The notes under the pieces were generated by a model. The model made no database searches, was not told the origin of the DNA, and saw nothing but the letters and a program-made list of their open reading frames with translations. The position numbers were made by a program, and so were the translations under genes. This document shows, one piece after another, positions 1-12,599 of a stretch of 64,000 nucleotides of DNA. The stretch's first letter is position 1, and every line of letters starts with the position of its first letter. This DNA comes from Zancudomyces culisetae HAW-14-8 (taxonomy: Eukaryota; Fungi; Kickxellomycota), in the NCBI GenBank assembly GCA_052426225.1, contig JBNJNM010000006.1, positions 62,001-126,000 of the forward strand, in the 5' to 3' direction.

Positions 1-2424
1 TGATATTTATTTAATAATCTTTTTCAATAATAAGAAAAAGTTATTGGTTATGGTTGTTGCAAGTTACAAAAAGAGAGAGAATATGTTGACCTGGCGAGCT
101 ATTATACATCGCTCTAGTTGATAGAAATTGTGTGAGATTGTGTAGAAGGTTCAACAGCTGCCAAAAATTACTTTTAACAGCTTATCAAAATACAAAAATA
201 ATGTATTGACATCCTCACCTGAGTACCATGTGTCCAACGTCCTCACTATCTGAATAATCTATGGGTTTAAAATACACTTTCCATAGACCCAAGTAAAATG
301 ATAATGCGGGAGGAGAGGATGTGTGGTTACAAAATTTCAGAGGCAACTTGGCTTAACACAACCGCAGTTATTCGTGCATTGAATACCAGTGGCTTACAAC
401 CAAATGGTACCAAACCATTATGCGCAATTTTCTTGCATTAATCTTTGAACTTGTGTATGGTACAAATACTCCAAAAAGAACTTTTGCAAGGCCAGGGATG
501 CGCAACTACCAACACAGCACATCTTTGTTCCAATATCTTTGTTAGTGATGATCTCTACCTAATGCTTTGTATTTTAGACTTTAAAAGCAAAGTTGCAGAA
601 ACGGCCCACGTTTTTGGTCACGCCACCCTTTATTACCCCCTCTAATTACGTTGCAATTTTTATTGGCAAAATCTCAAAAACTTCGATTCTGGTAGTTCAA
701 CCCATAAAACCTTCACGTTGCCTTGCTACTAGCCAGATGCAATGTCTTTTTTTTTACTCCAAGCTCACCAGGATAGTTGTGCAGATGCTACACAGTAGTT
801 GGGAGGAATACACGGCCGGTACAGCCTATATAATTTCCACTTTCCAGTATAAGCTTGAGGTTCGGCATATTTTATTCATAGCATCGGCTTTATTCTCTAG
901 TGCTTTTTTTTGATTTTTTTTTTGATGACCAAACAACTATGACTTTCGAAAGAGGGCCCAACCAATCCAACCAGGCTGATGGCACATAGTTGAAAAAATT
1001 GTCCACTTTAAATTTATAGGTTCAAGTTCAACCAGTGGTGTATTTTTTTTTGTAACCTTACCAAATCAATATTCGAGTTTGTTTATGTTTTAAATTAGAA
1101 ATACCATTTGCTATTCTCGAATGATACAAAATATTGCGATTTTCGAGTCGAGTTGATTTGAAAATGTATAAAAAGATTTCTTGGTATCTAGAGCAGGTAA
1201 AAACAGCAGCTTAGAAAAAGCGAACATAGAAAAACCCGAAAAAAGCGCATTACAAATAATTGCAACTTTGGTGCATCATTTGAAAATAAAAACAACAAAA
1301 AAAAACAGAGCTGCGTCAATCATCTTTCAGCTTTGAGCCCTACTAATAAAACACAATGATTCTTAATGGATAAATTATGCATATTTAGAAATTCAATGAT
1401 TGACAGCAAATGGACTATAGGTGTGAAAATAAAATAGCAGGATAATTAGAGCAGTAGGAAAAAAGGTGGTTTTTACGTTTTTTTTTTCTATTTTGCATGT
1501 ATTCCTTTTGTTATCATAGCATTAACCATTTTCCAATTCGTTAAATTTTGATTAAAGCATACAAATTGTTGAGATTCTGAATAGGCCGGCTGTATTTTTG
1601 TTTTTTTTTTCATTTGGAATGGGGCAATTGATGGAAGCGAAAGCAAAGCCAAAGGAAAGTGGAAAATAAGCAATGCAAGCAAGCCATGCACAAGTAAAAA
1701 AAGGTCTAAAAAAATAAAAATAAACAATAGTAGGGAAAAACTTCGCAAGCCATTTTTATTTGTTTGGTGCCATTTTGATATTTTTCCCAATGTTGTTGTA
1801 TTTCAATTTGAATGTTCTATTTTGTACCAAATACTCCCAAGAAATAATTAATAATACCAAAGTTGGTTTTAGTTAATATAATAAGAAGGAAAAAAATTTT
1901 TTTATTTTTTTTACTATGGTTATCTATAATCTCTACTTTTAAGTCTAGACTGTTAATTACCAATTGTACTTTAAAAAAAAGTATTAGAATTACTTAAGTA
2001 TCAAACACTTCTTTCACTTTTTCAATAGCTGAACAAAAGTGTGATTATACAAGCGCTTCAAAGATTTAGGTTCTAAGTGTAAATGAATTTAGTTTGCATT
2101 TAAATTTAGACTTGCTTAACTAGAGAGTTTAGGGGTGTAATAACCAAGGCGAGATTTGAAAGTTTGTACAGCGGAATAGTCACTTTTGGGAGGGTATTTC
2201 ACTTGATAGGAAAACGCAAAGAATTCTGAGACATATTTATTTTAAGGGTAGCTTCAGGAGTGCGAAGGACAAACAATTCTGCTAAAAGTAGAATAGTCAC
2301 AAAAGTGTTAATAAGAAAAGTATAAAGTAGATAGCTACGCATATTAATAAAGAGTATTTTGGATGCAGTACCGAGCAATAAAACAAGACAGACATATATT
2401 AATAACAGAAAAGCAATAAACAAA

Positions 2425-4059
2425 ATGATACAGACAAGTAGCTTGGAACAGGAAATTAAAACCAACATTGAGGGGGGTGAGGGACTCTACCACCGGATCC
2501 ACAAGGGAGAAACAATAAAACAAAAAGCTGAATTTGTTGGCGAAAATAAGACAAAGAACAAATATGTGTTTAAAGATAAGCGGGGACGGGATGTAGAATA
2601 TACAGAAAAGAACAATGCCATAGAGGAGGTGCCATATGGTGTTTTGGTAACTACATACATAAGTTACTTGATATTGATAATGTTTGCGCATATTAGGGAC
2701 CGGTTTGGAAAGATATTTTACCCTGAGGAGTATACAAGCTTGAAGGAAGTTGACGGATATGCACCATTGATTACAGATTTTGAAAGTTTGTGGAACCGAC
2801 GATTATACACGAGGATTTCAGATGCGTTTAATAGACCAATTACAGGAGTAGCAGGAGGAAGTGTGGCGTTATTGGAGCGTGAATCCAAAGATTATAACCG
2901 GACATTTAGGTTAACAGGTGGCAAGAAAACAGTATTGAACTTGGCTTCGTATAACTATTTGGGATTTGCACAAAGCGAGGGATACTGTGCAGATACGGTT
3001 GAGGACAGCCTCAGAACTAATGGTATCGGGATGAGCATGCCACGAAATCAAGGGGGACAGACCAAGAAGCAGATAGAGGTAGAAAAAATGGTTGCGCGGT
3101 ATCTTGGAGTGGACGATGCGGTTGTAGTATCGATGGGATACGCGACAAATTCAACAGTGATCCCGCTGTTGACATCAAAAGGAACATTGATAATTTCCGA
3201 TGAGCTGAACCATTCTTCACTAGTTTCAGGGGCTAGGATGTCAGGAGCAACGATAGCAGTGTTTAAGCACGGCGATACAAAGGATCTAGAGGCAGTTCTG
3301 CGTCGAAGAATCAGTCAGGGGCAACCAAGAACACACAGACCATGGCGCAACATTCTTGTAGTGGTGGAAGGATTGTATTCGATGGAAGGCGAGTTTTGTG
3401 ATTTAGTAGAGATAGTGAGGCTAAAGAAACAGTACAAATTCAATATCTATTTGGATGAGGCGCATTCTATTGGTGCAATTGGAAAAACTGGTCGGGGTGT
3501 ATGTGAGTACTTTGGTGTTGATTTTAAGGACGTGGACATTCTGATGGGTACATTTACCAAGAGCTTTGGTGCTGTGGGTGGATACATAGCCGGTAGAAAG
3601 GATATTATAGAGCATATGCGGCTTAGCTGTTACTCTAACATGTATACTGAGTGTATGCCATACCCAGTATTGGCGCAAGTCGAGTCATCGCTTCAGCTGA
3701 TGATGGACGAGGTGCCTGATTGGGTAGGTGACGGACCTGCCCGTATCCGGCAACTTGCGGAGAACTCTGAGTACTTTTTCCACAGGTTGATAGAGCTAGG
3801 CTTTTTGGTACTGGGTTCGCCTGGAAGCCCTGTGGTTCCATTGCTACTGTTCAATCCTGGAAAGATTCCCGCATTCTCACGTATGATTTTGGAGCGAAAT
3901 ATAGCTGTTGTGGTTGTTAGTTATCCAGCAACACCTATTATTGCTGCTAGAGTCCGTTTCTGTATTTCGGCTTCTCACTCTCGAGAGGATTTGGACTATG
4001 CGCTGGAACAGATCGACGAGGTCGGGGATCTGTTGAATTTAAAGCTCGCCAAAAAATGA
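2425..4059 (+). CDS. LCB2: Serine palmitoyltransferase catalytic subunit 2 (PLP-dependent alpha-oxoamine synthase)
   Basis: Intronless ORF; first ATG at 2425 (ORF track starts at an upstream TTG). Motifs NLASYNYLGF, SDELNHSS, EGLYSMEG, LDEAHSIG and the PLP-lysine motif GTFTKSFG, which is LCB2-type. Confidence 0.95.
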   Translation: MIQTSSLEQEIKTNIEGGEGLYHRIHKGETIKQKAEFVGENKTKNKYVFKDKRGRDVEYTEKNNAIEEVPYGVLVTTYISYLILIMFAHIRDRFGKIFYPEEYTSLKEVDGYAPLITDFESLWNRRLYTRISDAFNRPITGVAGGSVALLERESKDYNRTFRLTGGKKTVLNLASYNYLGFAQSEGYCADTVEDSLRTNGIGMSMPRNQGGQTKKQIEVEKMVARYLGVDDAVVVSMGYATNSTVIPLLTSKGTLIISDELNHSSLVSGARMSGATIAVFKHGDTKDLEAVLRRRISQGQPRTHRPWRNILVVVEGLYSMEGEFCDLVEIVRLKKQYKFNIYLDEAHSIGAIGKTGRGVCEYFGVDFKDVDILMGTFTKSFGAVGGYIAGRKDIIEHMRLSCYSNMYTECMPYPVLAQVESSLQLMMDEVPDWVGDGPARIRQLAENSEYFFHRLIELGFLVLGSPGSPVVPLLLFNPGKIPAFSRMILERNIAVVVVSYPATPIIAARVRFCISASHSREDLDYALEQIDEVGDLLNLKLAKK

Positions 4060-4142
4060 GACTTTATTAATTCATTTTGTTTTGATTAAACGATTTTGTT
4101 AAATTTTCATGATATAAAAAAAAATAATAAAATAAAAAGACC

Positions 4143-5474
4143 CTAGTTTGTATTCTCAACAATGTATGGAATGAAGTCGCGTCCACCCATAAATGGGATC
4201 AATGGCTCTGGAATATTAATACCATCAGGTGTCTGGTGTGTTTCAAGCAGGCAGCACAGTGCTCGTTCTGTCGCACATAGTGTGCTATTCAGGCAATGTA
4301 CATACTTCTTTTCACGATCTCCCATCTTTTTGGTGCCGCAACGGATATCCAGTCGTCTGGATTGATAATCTGTACAATTTGAGCATGACACCAATTCCTT
4401 GTAGGCTCCTTGGGCTGGGAACCAGGCTTCCAAATCAAACTTCTTTGCTGCTGCATCATTCAGCGCCCCTGAAACAATTGCAACTACTTGGTATGAAATG
4501 CCCAATGATTGGAAAAACTCCTCAGATGTACTAATCATCGAATCAAACATCTCCCACGACTTTTCGGGCTCAGTTAGCACAAACTGCTCAATCTTTTCAA
4601 ATTGATGTACTCGGAACAACCCCATCGCGTCCTTTCCATGTGCTCCCGCCTCCTTGCGGAAACATGTCGAATATCCTGCATATTTCAACGGAAGCTGCTT
4701 GCTTGGGTTTTCAAACCATTCGCCCATATGATATGCCGAGATTGGCTGCTCTGAAGTTGCAATCAGGTACTTATCTTCTGTCCCGCTGCCTACCACTTTG
4801 TACAACTCTTCGTCATACTGTGACAACTGTGCACATTTTGACATGATATCCTTGTTCATAAGGAATGGTGTTTGCAGCTTCTTGTATCCCTTTGATGACA
4901 AAAACGCCAATCCATAGTTTATCAGTGCCAGGTTTAGATCTACTCCTACATCTGTTAGGAAATATCCCCGATGCCCTGAAATCTTGGCTCCTCTTACTGG
5001 ATCAAAGCCCCCAAGTTTGGTCAGCACCTCATGATGGTTCAGGAAATCTGTTCTCTTTACTGGCTCCACATCATTTACCCAGTGTGTTCTAACCACCTGG
5101 TTATCATCTTCTGTCAACGAAATTGGAACTGAATCGTGCACAACGTTACCAATTGATCCGAGTTTTCCACGTACTTCGGCAAATTGCTCCTTTTCCTGCA
5201 CTTCTAGCTCTCCCTTTTCCTTAGCTAGCTGTGCCTTTTGTGCCAACAGTTCCTTAGCATCTTGTTTGGCCTTCATTAATTTGCCAATTTCCTTTTGCAA
5301 CCCATTCATTTGCTTGTTTTTTTCATCCAGCAGAAATCTTGTTGCTGTCCATTCTTTGTACTGATTAACAATTACATCTACTATCTCTGGATCTGCTCCA
5401 CGCCGTTTCTGTGATTCCTTGATGAGATCTGGGTTTCCTCCCTTCTCTTTTATAAACAGATTGATGTCCAACAT
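4143..5474 (-). CDS. SES1: Cytoplasmic seryl-tRNA synthetase
   Basis: MLDINLF N-terminus, coiled-coil arm, LIATSEQP, motif 2 FRKEAGAHG..FRVHQFEKIEQF, ELVSCSNCTDYQSR, motif 3 NSTLCATER. Convergent with LCB2, 83-bp gap. Confidence 0.96.
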   Translation of the reverse strand: MLDINLFIKEKGGNPDLIKESQKRRGADPEIVDVIVNQYKEWTATRFLLDEKNKQMNGLQKEIGKLMKAKQDAKELLAQKAQLAKEKGELEVQEKEQFAEVRGKLGSIGNVVHDSVPISLTEDDNQVVRTHWVNDVEPVKRTDFLNHHEVLTKLGGFDPVRGAKISGHRGYFLTDVGVDLNLALINYGLAFLSSKGYKKLQTPFLMNKDIMSKCAQLSQYDEELYKVVGSGTEDKYLIATSEQPISAYHMGEWFENPSKQLPLKYAGYSTCFRKEAGAHGKDAMGLFRVHQFEKIEQFVLTEPEKSWEMFDSMISTSEEFFQSLGISYQVVAIVSGALNDAAAKKFDLEAWFPAQGAYKELVSCSNCTDYQSRRLDIRCGTKKMGDREKKYVHCLNSTLCATERALCCLLETHQTPDGINIPEPLIPFMGGRDFIPYIVENTN

Positions 5475-7005
5475 TTTACGTATGCTCGAATTGTACCGTA
5501 TCGAATTTTTGATGTTTTTATTTTTGTTGTTTATATCCGAAAATAAAGCAGTATTTAAAAATAAAAACTTTTCAAAACATCAATAAATCATTATAAATCT
5601 TACTATGTTTATTTTTTTTTTCTATTTCTGATATCTAATGTTTTTATTACAGCAAACCCCTTGTAAATACCCTCCCTTCCCTCCCGATTTTTTTTTCAAG
5701 ATGCCTCCACTTTTTTTTCTTTTTTTTTTTTTTTCATTCTTTTGTTCATCAGAAAAAATGTCAATTCAGAGCTCCATTTTTTTATCACCCAACTGCTTTC
5801 CCCACCATAAAGTATATTTAAGTACATATTTTTGAAATAATGTAACTTTTCGAATCAGTAAATGAAATATTTTCTTTTTACATAATTTAGCACTAAACCA
5901 GTTTTATTAAAACACAATATTATATCAAACCTTAAAAATTACTTATTCCGAAACTCTTTAGTATATGTGTGTATATCCCATTCGCGCAATTAATGTTTCA
6001 AAACTTTGCCATCCCAAGAAGACAAAACGTAACCTTTTAATACTATTTCTGTCTCTCACTCTTCCCCCCCCCCTCCCCCCCACCACACTGTCTTACACCT
6101 TAGTGCACTTATTCCTGTGCGCCTCCTCTGTTTATTCTCGTTTGATTTTGCTGATCCTAAAAACTCTTAATATTAATCCATCAAGGCTAGAATGGCTTGT
6201 TATCATACCCTTCTTACACAACCTTTTTTATGACCAGTCCTCATTTTCGCGCGTTAGTGACAGATGCATGATACCTTATACAGCAATGTAGATATATTTA
6301 TGACATTGCACATTCCACACAAATCTAGTAATTTTGCGTTTCTACTCTTCTTACCGTTATAGTTATGCTAAACACCTCTAAATCTCGCAGCATTTATACG
6401 TTTTGTTGTTTTCTTCACCATAATTAATACACGTTAAGACTGAAAATACCAAGTAAAAGAGTTTAATGTTGAATAAACCCCATGGTAAGCTCGAACACTA
6501 TCTTGAGATTAATTCTTGATTATGATTTTTTTTTAACTCTGCAGATCCGACATTTAACCACATATATACGCTTAGAATACACCAGTGGACACACTCTGTT
6601 GGGGAAGGAGAGATGATGTGATCAGAGTGTATTTTTCTAGACAAAATAAGACACCCAAGACTACCACGTTGAATATTACACTTATATATCACTACATCAT
6701 CTTATAAATTTGCGTTGTAAGAGTGGTATATATCTGTGTTTATTTGATTTATAGAAATACACTATTACATTACCAGCTCTACCCATCTCACTTATCCGGC
6801 ATTTTTTCTATCATTTTTATTTTGTAATTGCTGCCATGATATAACCAATTGGTGCCAAAAAAAAAACCAACCAATTATTGTCAAAAACCCAACAACATCA
6901 AACTCAAACAGACATTTCAGCAGTTAATACCTTTAATTAGAAAAATATATCATCAATTTTGGTAAAGGATTATAACTTTAACCCCCCCAATAAATAGAAT
7001 GAAAT

Positions 7006-8814
7006 ATGTCTAATTTTGTTATCGCATGCGTTGGAAAGCCCTCAGCGGGGAAATCGAGTTTTTTAAACGCAGGTATTTAACTCTTTTTTTTCTTGCCTTC
7101 TTCTATATAGCCATTACTTCATTTGTTTTATTTTATTTTATTTTCAATTCACGCCAACTCCAAAGTGTAAATTTATCATCCGTCAACATTACCACCATAT
7201 CTTTTTATGTTTTTGTTTTGTTTTTTTTGTCTCTTTGCCACTTTACTCATTCATACAGCAAAATCAAAACAAATCAAAAATCCATGAATAGTAACCGATG
7301 CAACCGCAAAAGTGGGAAATTATCCTTTTACGACAATCGAGCCTAATCAGGGTGTAGCTTATCATGTGGTCGAATGCCCCTGTAAAAAATATAACAAATC
7401 CTCTGTGTGTCGTCCAAGATATGGCTGGTGTAATAATGGTGAACGGTTCGTACCTATCCGACTGTTAGATGTTGCTGGTTTGGTTCCGGGGGCCTCAGAG
7501 GGTCTTGGATTGGGTAATAAATTTCTGGACGACTTGCGTCAAGCTGATGCGCTAATACATGTTGTTGATAGTAGCGGAACTACCGATGCTAATGGAAAAG
7601 AAACAAAAGGGTACGATCCAATTAACGATATTGAGTGGCTGAGAGCAGAGATTCATGCATGGATCCTGAACAATCTTAAAAAGCGATGGGATGTTATTGT
7701 AAAAAGACATGTGGCAACGAGTAAGAAATAAAATTCTCTAACTATAGAACTTTGCTTTATTCCTTAACACTTTAGTCCTACTAAATACCAGAGGCTTAAA
7801 AAAAGAAAGAAAAAAGAAGCAAATTAAATTAAATTAAATTTGCACTATACTACAAATCAAACTGTTTGCAAGAACAACTCGAAAATAAAAAAGAATAAAA
7901 TAAAATCCATAGAAAGCACAGCAGTAGCTACATTTCAGGCACAATTGAGTGGATACGGGGCGGGGCGTGAGGTGATAGTAAGAACGCTGAGCGATCCGGC
8001 GCTTGCTCACCCATTAAGGGAATGGACCATGGATGATTTGAGCACATTTGTGTATTCATTTATTGATGAAAGATTTCCAACAGTAGTGGCACTCAATAAA
8101 ATCGACAACCCAGAGGCTGATAAGAATATTGCCAAAATTCTCAAGAAATATTGCATGGACCAAGAAGCAATGTATGTCTCTACCAATGGCGACTCCTCGA
8201 ACATCAAGGGACAAAAGCAAAAGCTCAAAGATGGAATAGCGCCCGACCGGGTAGTATTGACCAGTGCACTATCCGAATGCTTTTTAAAAACAATGGCCAG
8301 GCTCAAATACATCAAATACACCACAGGAAGTGATGATTTCATCAGCTTGAGCGATGATCCTTCGCTAGAAAATGAACTCAAGCCTCTCAGTAGTACCGAC
8401 GAAGCCGAGCTCGAGCGTATCCGCGACATGGTTTTGTATCGTTACGACGGGACTGGTACTAGACAAGTCATCACTTGCGCTATCCAATCTCTAAAAATGA
8501 TTCCCGTATTTCCCGTCAAAAACATTAACAATTTTGGCGCCAGCTCTTCCAATAACTTGGAGAATGTAGATTCTGCTCACTCTTCTTCTGACGGTGCCTT
8601 CAGAGATTGTTTATTGATAAAAGCCGGAACATCTGTACGCCAGCTTGCTGCACGCCTACATGACGAGCTTGATCGAAACTATGCTGGAGCCGAGACCATT
8701 GGCAACATCCAACTAGCCGAAGACGAGCCAATTGTTCCTGGGAGGAACAACGTCATTTGTTTTAAAACAAAGCCCTCCTACTCGTTGTCTTCGAATAAAA
8801 AACAGCCCAAATAG
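7006..8814 (+). CDS. Obg-family GTPase, Ygr210/archaeal YchF-like type; exons 7006-7072, 7292-7720, 7913-8814
   Basis: Manual splicing (GT-AG introns 7073-7291 and 7721-7912) keeps frame and gives P-loop GKPSAGKS, G2 YPFTTIEPN, Cys-rich insert [12 protein letters not shown]3 [10 protein letters not shown]4 NKID and a C-terminal TGS-like region. Confidence 0.9.
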
Positions 8815-8925
8815 TTCAATAAATAAACGACCAAATAGATCATTCACAGTCTTTTATTCATTACTCACTTTTCACTATTCCCTTCCATCCATCTTGGTTT
8901 TTCTTTCTTGCTCAACCTCACTAGC

Positions 8926-9966
8926 TCACCACTTCATTAGTTGATCCTCAATTTCTAGCATCTCGGCCTCACCTATTTCACCTTCACTTTCACTTTCACT
9001 TTCGCTTTCTCCATTAGTGGTTGGGCATTTATTTTCATGTATTTTTGTTGAGTTCTCCATCTTCTCTTTTTCTTCCTGTTCAATAGCCACATTCAACTCC
9101 ACCAAATGACCAACTATTTCTCTCAGTTCTTTCAATTTACTCGCTTTGGCCTCCCAGATTTGCTGCTCGGTCTCCATTTGCTCTTTTATTGTTAATTTAC
9201 TTTCCCGTTCCTGTTGTTCCCACTCATCCTTATCGATAGCTTTTCCAAGTTCTATCGCCTCCTCGATAGTCGTGAATTCTTTTTCCCTTTCCTTCCCGTT
9301 TTCACTTTGAATATCTTCACCTTTACTTTCTTTTTCAATTTCTTGTTGCAATCTTTGCAGTTTCTGATCGAGTTCAATCTCTTCCAAACTTGGTAAATGT
9401 CCCAAAATATCTGTATCTTGTTCGTTACTTTCATCTCCATTTTTCACTTCGCGATCCTTGTCGATTTTACTGGGCTCCGTAATATTTGAATCAAAGAATC
9501 TAGATGGCAAAGCATTGTCGTCGTTTATTCCCTGCTCAGTACCATTTTCTCCCATTTCTTCAAGCTCATCAGCATAGTTTTTTTTGACATGCATATCACT
9601 AACAGGATGACTTTGATCGTGCATGTCCTTGTTTGCATGTTTTGGTTTTTTAGCTCTTTCTCCACCATGAGCAATGTGCTCTTTTTTTCGCTTTTTGTCT
9701 AAATTCTTTGCATCTTGATCCCCCTCTCCTTGTCCCCTCTTACTGTTTTCATTTCTTAAATTATTTACACTAACTATATTTGCTGCATCTCTTTGTTTAC
9801 CATTACCCTGCTCGTTCCCACCAATTATTCGAGATTGATCATTTCTTGATTTCAATTTAGCATCAGCAGGCCCATACTTTTGTTTAATGTTTTTCCCTTC
9901 AATAGCTTTGCTGCCCCTTTGTAGCCTTGCTTTGTGAAGCAGGTGTCGCACATTGTTAGGATCCAT
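8926..9966 (-). CDS. Charged coiled-coil protein, possibly ZNF830/CCDC16-like spliceosome-associated factor
   Basis: 346-aa ORF. N-terminal VRHLLHKAR helix, LPSRFFD (cf. LPEGFFD of ZNF830), acidic coiled coil and terminal W; no zinc finger visible. The ORF is credible but the family call is tentative. Confidence 0.45.
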   Translation of the reverse strand: MDPNNVRHLLHKARLQRGSKAIEGKNIKQKYGPADAKLKSRNDQSRIIGGNEQGNGKQRDAANIVSVNNLRNENSKRGQGEGDQDAKNLDKKRKKEHIAHGGERAKKPKHANKDMHDQSHPVSDMHVKKNYADELEEMGENGTEQGINDDNALPSRFFDSNITEPSKIDKDREVKNGDESNEQDTDILGHLPSLEEIELDQKLQRLQQEIEKESKGEDIQSENGKEREKEFTTIEEAIELGKAIDKDEWEQQERESKLTIKEQMETEQQIWEAKASKLKELREIVGHLVELNVAIEQEEKEKMENSTKIHENKCPTTNGESESESESEGEIGEAEMLEIEDQLMKW

Positions 9967-10787
9967 CTATTATTTCTTTTTTCAAAGCAATCCGTTTTTG
10001 TATTTTTAGATTGTAAACACACAGATTTTCGAGCATTGAAAATAATTTTTTCGTTTTAATCTCATTACATGATTTCCACTTTGGTTTTTGCTGTCCAAGA
10101 CTCAATTTTTTTTTCCACCAAATCAATTAAAATATCACCTAGATAAGTATACCAAGACATACAAGACAATGCTGATCTGCTCTACAGGTAATATATTGTA
10201 GTATAAACTGCTTTACTTTTTTTTCTTCTACTGATAGCTTTTTTAGGCATTTTTTTTTGTAAAGGAAAAATGTTCAATATACGTACATAAATCGCAAGAA
10301 AAATAAAAGATGTACTAAAATCGCCCACACAGTTAGGCTCTCAAGTGAAACCACTGCTAATAAACATAAAAAACTAAAAACATCATGATGATACAAGTTG
10401 TTACATCCACTCTCATATTTCATTAGTAACTCTTCGCTAATTAAAAGTATTAGAATGAAAGCTAGAAATCGTTTATGTCCATGGTATTTCTATTTTAGGT
10501 ACTGTTTACTATCACATGCGACGCAATTGCGATAAAACCAATGGTACAAGTTACCTCAATCTAGATACATCAAGAGCTCTATCATCCTTCACCTTGCCCT
10601 CGAATTCACATCATTGCTATTAATACCAATACCAACAATCACAAGTGAGATGAATCGAACATTCACATTTGAATCATATTCGAGTTGCATTTGGTATGTA
10701 CATACCCTTTTCTTCCAAAACGGAAATTTTTTACCAATATATACATATTTATTTCTGGATATGTTTATTAAATCTATGCCAAGTATT

Positions 10788-10879
10788 ACTACAGAAAATA
10801 TAATTCTAAAAAATATCTATTTAACCAATTTCCCTTTGATCCTCTAGGGGCTCCATGCCCACCGAGAATTGGTTCAAGA
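10788..10879 (-). mobile_element. Short decayed 3' end of the same non-LTR (LINE-like) element seen at 15.1-15.7 kb
   Basis: Aligns by eye with 15112-15201 (..aaaatatcta..taaccaatt.ccct..cctctaggg.ctccat.cccaccg.g..ttggttcaag). Minus strand reads LNQFSVGMEPLE versus LNQRPVGMESLE. Confidence 0.7.
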
Positions 10880-12599
10880 AATTGTTAATATAGTGCAAAG
10901 TACTAGACCTTGAGCGCTTGGCTTGCTCTCCCTCCTTTGGTGATTCTGTTTTCCCGAAAAATATATCCTGGGTAATCCTTATTTGATTTGTTGTTCATTC
11001 GTCATAGTTATGGATATTGCGAAATAAGAGTCATATGCTGTTTTATTTTTTTGTCTTAATAACCATGTGGTGTTGAAGTGTACATATGGGATTAGGAGTT
11101 TAACATTTATAAATATATCTCTTTGTATATTTGGTCCATCTGGCATTATAACTCAGAAACGAATAGCCGCTGCGAAAAGAGTGTTGAATGATAATACATT
11201 ATAGTTAGTTTTTAATACTAAACAAATCGGTATTTTTATTGAACTAGTATAAGGTAATAGAATGGCCTAAATCCAACTCCAAAAGTATGGTTTACAATCT
11301 AAAAATAAGACAATAAATAGATTGAAGAACTATATCCTTCTATACTTCTAAGTTAAGAAGTTTAAGAACAAGCATCATCAACCATCTGTACATCACTGAA
11401 GAAAGAAAATCGAGTATCTAAAATTAGATCTTGAAAAATCAATGCCATCATCAGAGTATTATTTCTTTTGAAACTATGGATTTCTTAAAGAACATTTCGG
11501 CAAATTGATACTTCAGTGTTTTTAACTGCAGTATGTAATCCACTGCACTACAACGCACAAAAAAAAGGCTCTTCTTTTTAAATTTCTAACCAATTAATGT
11601 AACTGTACCTATAATTTATGGTTTTTGTAAATACACATGCAATAAATATAACCCACACCATAAACAGATTAAGCTATTTAAATTCATATTTAAAGAAAAA
11701 ATCAATTAATGACTCGGTTTGTAACATATATATTATGCATTTTTTGAATCGCTAGTTTATTAAACCTTCCAAAAGCATCATAGAATTCTTTTAAAAAGCA
11801 AGATAAACTAATTTGGGTCTACAATATCCGAGTAATTCCTATATCTGTTGCTTGTTGATCCTATTTTAATCAAATTGTTAAAGAGGGAGACCAACAAACT
11901 AGACAAGTATCTACAGAAAATCGTATTAGCTAATAATAACAGTTATTATATATTACATTTCTATTTTTAGTACTATTATTAAAACCTGAGTGTTTTGAAT
12001 TCAAGCCCCTACACCACTCTTTTATACTAATGAGAATCGTTAAAAAACTACTTGATAGAAAAACTAACCCAATAACATGCAGCTCTTACATATTTCAAGT
12101 TTTGAAAATATGCTTGTTTATTACCAATCTACATGATTATGATTTTATAAATAGAAGAAAAAAATTCAATAAAATTATTGCTAGAAATGATACTTGGGTG
12201 TTCCGTAGCTGAGCGGGTATTTGAAGAAATTAAAAAGCTGAAGAAACTAATGGTAAAAACATAATAGAAACTAACAAAATTTTTTTGTTCAATAGTGTAA
12301 TTTTTTTCTAACACTATGAATATTATCTCCTTTTTAAACAAGAACTCATATATATACTGGTACGTGAAAAAGCTCCTATTCTACAAGTACACTTATCAAA
12401 TTTAGTTCATATATTTCATCTCATCCCAACACATTCCAGTAAAAAACATCTATCATATCACATCATATCATATCACATCATATTACTACACATCTCTACA
12501 CAACATATTATATTACATTAAAAAGCTAATCGACCAAAGGAAAAAGCGTGAGTAGTACAATTTCATATACAAATATAAAGCAAAAACTACAAGATAACA

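Noticed and set aside
120-960. Moderately GC-rich stretch with short ORFs (445-645, 593-913); possible pseudogene
   Set aside because: The frames I translated on both strands are interrupted and show no motif I recognise; a translated database search is needed.
11980-12215. tRNA-like fragments (gaattcaagcccctacacc near 12000; A-box-like TAGCTGAGCGG near 12206)
   Set aside because: Wrong order and spacing, no cloverleaf and no proper B box.
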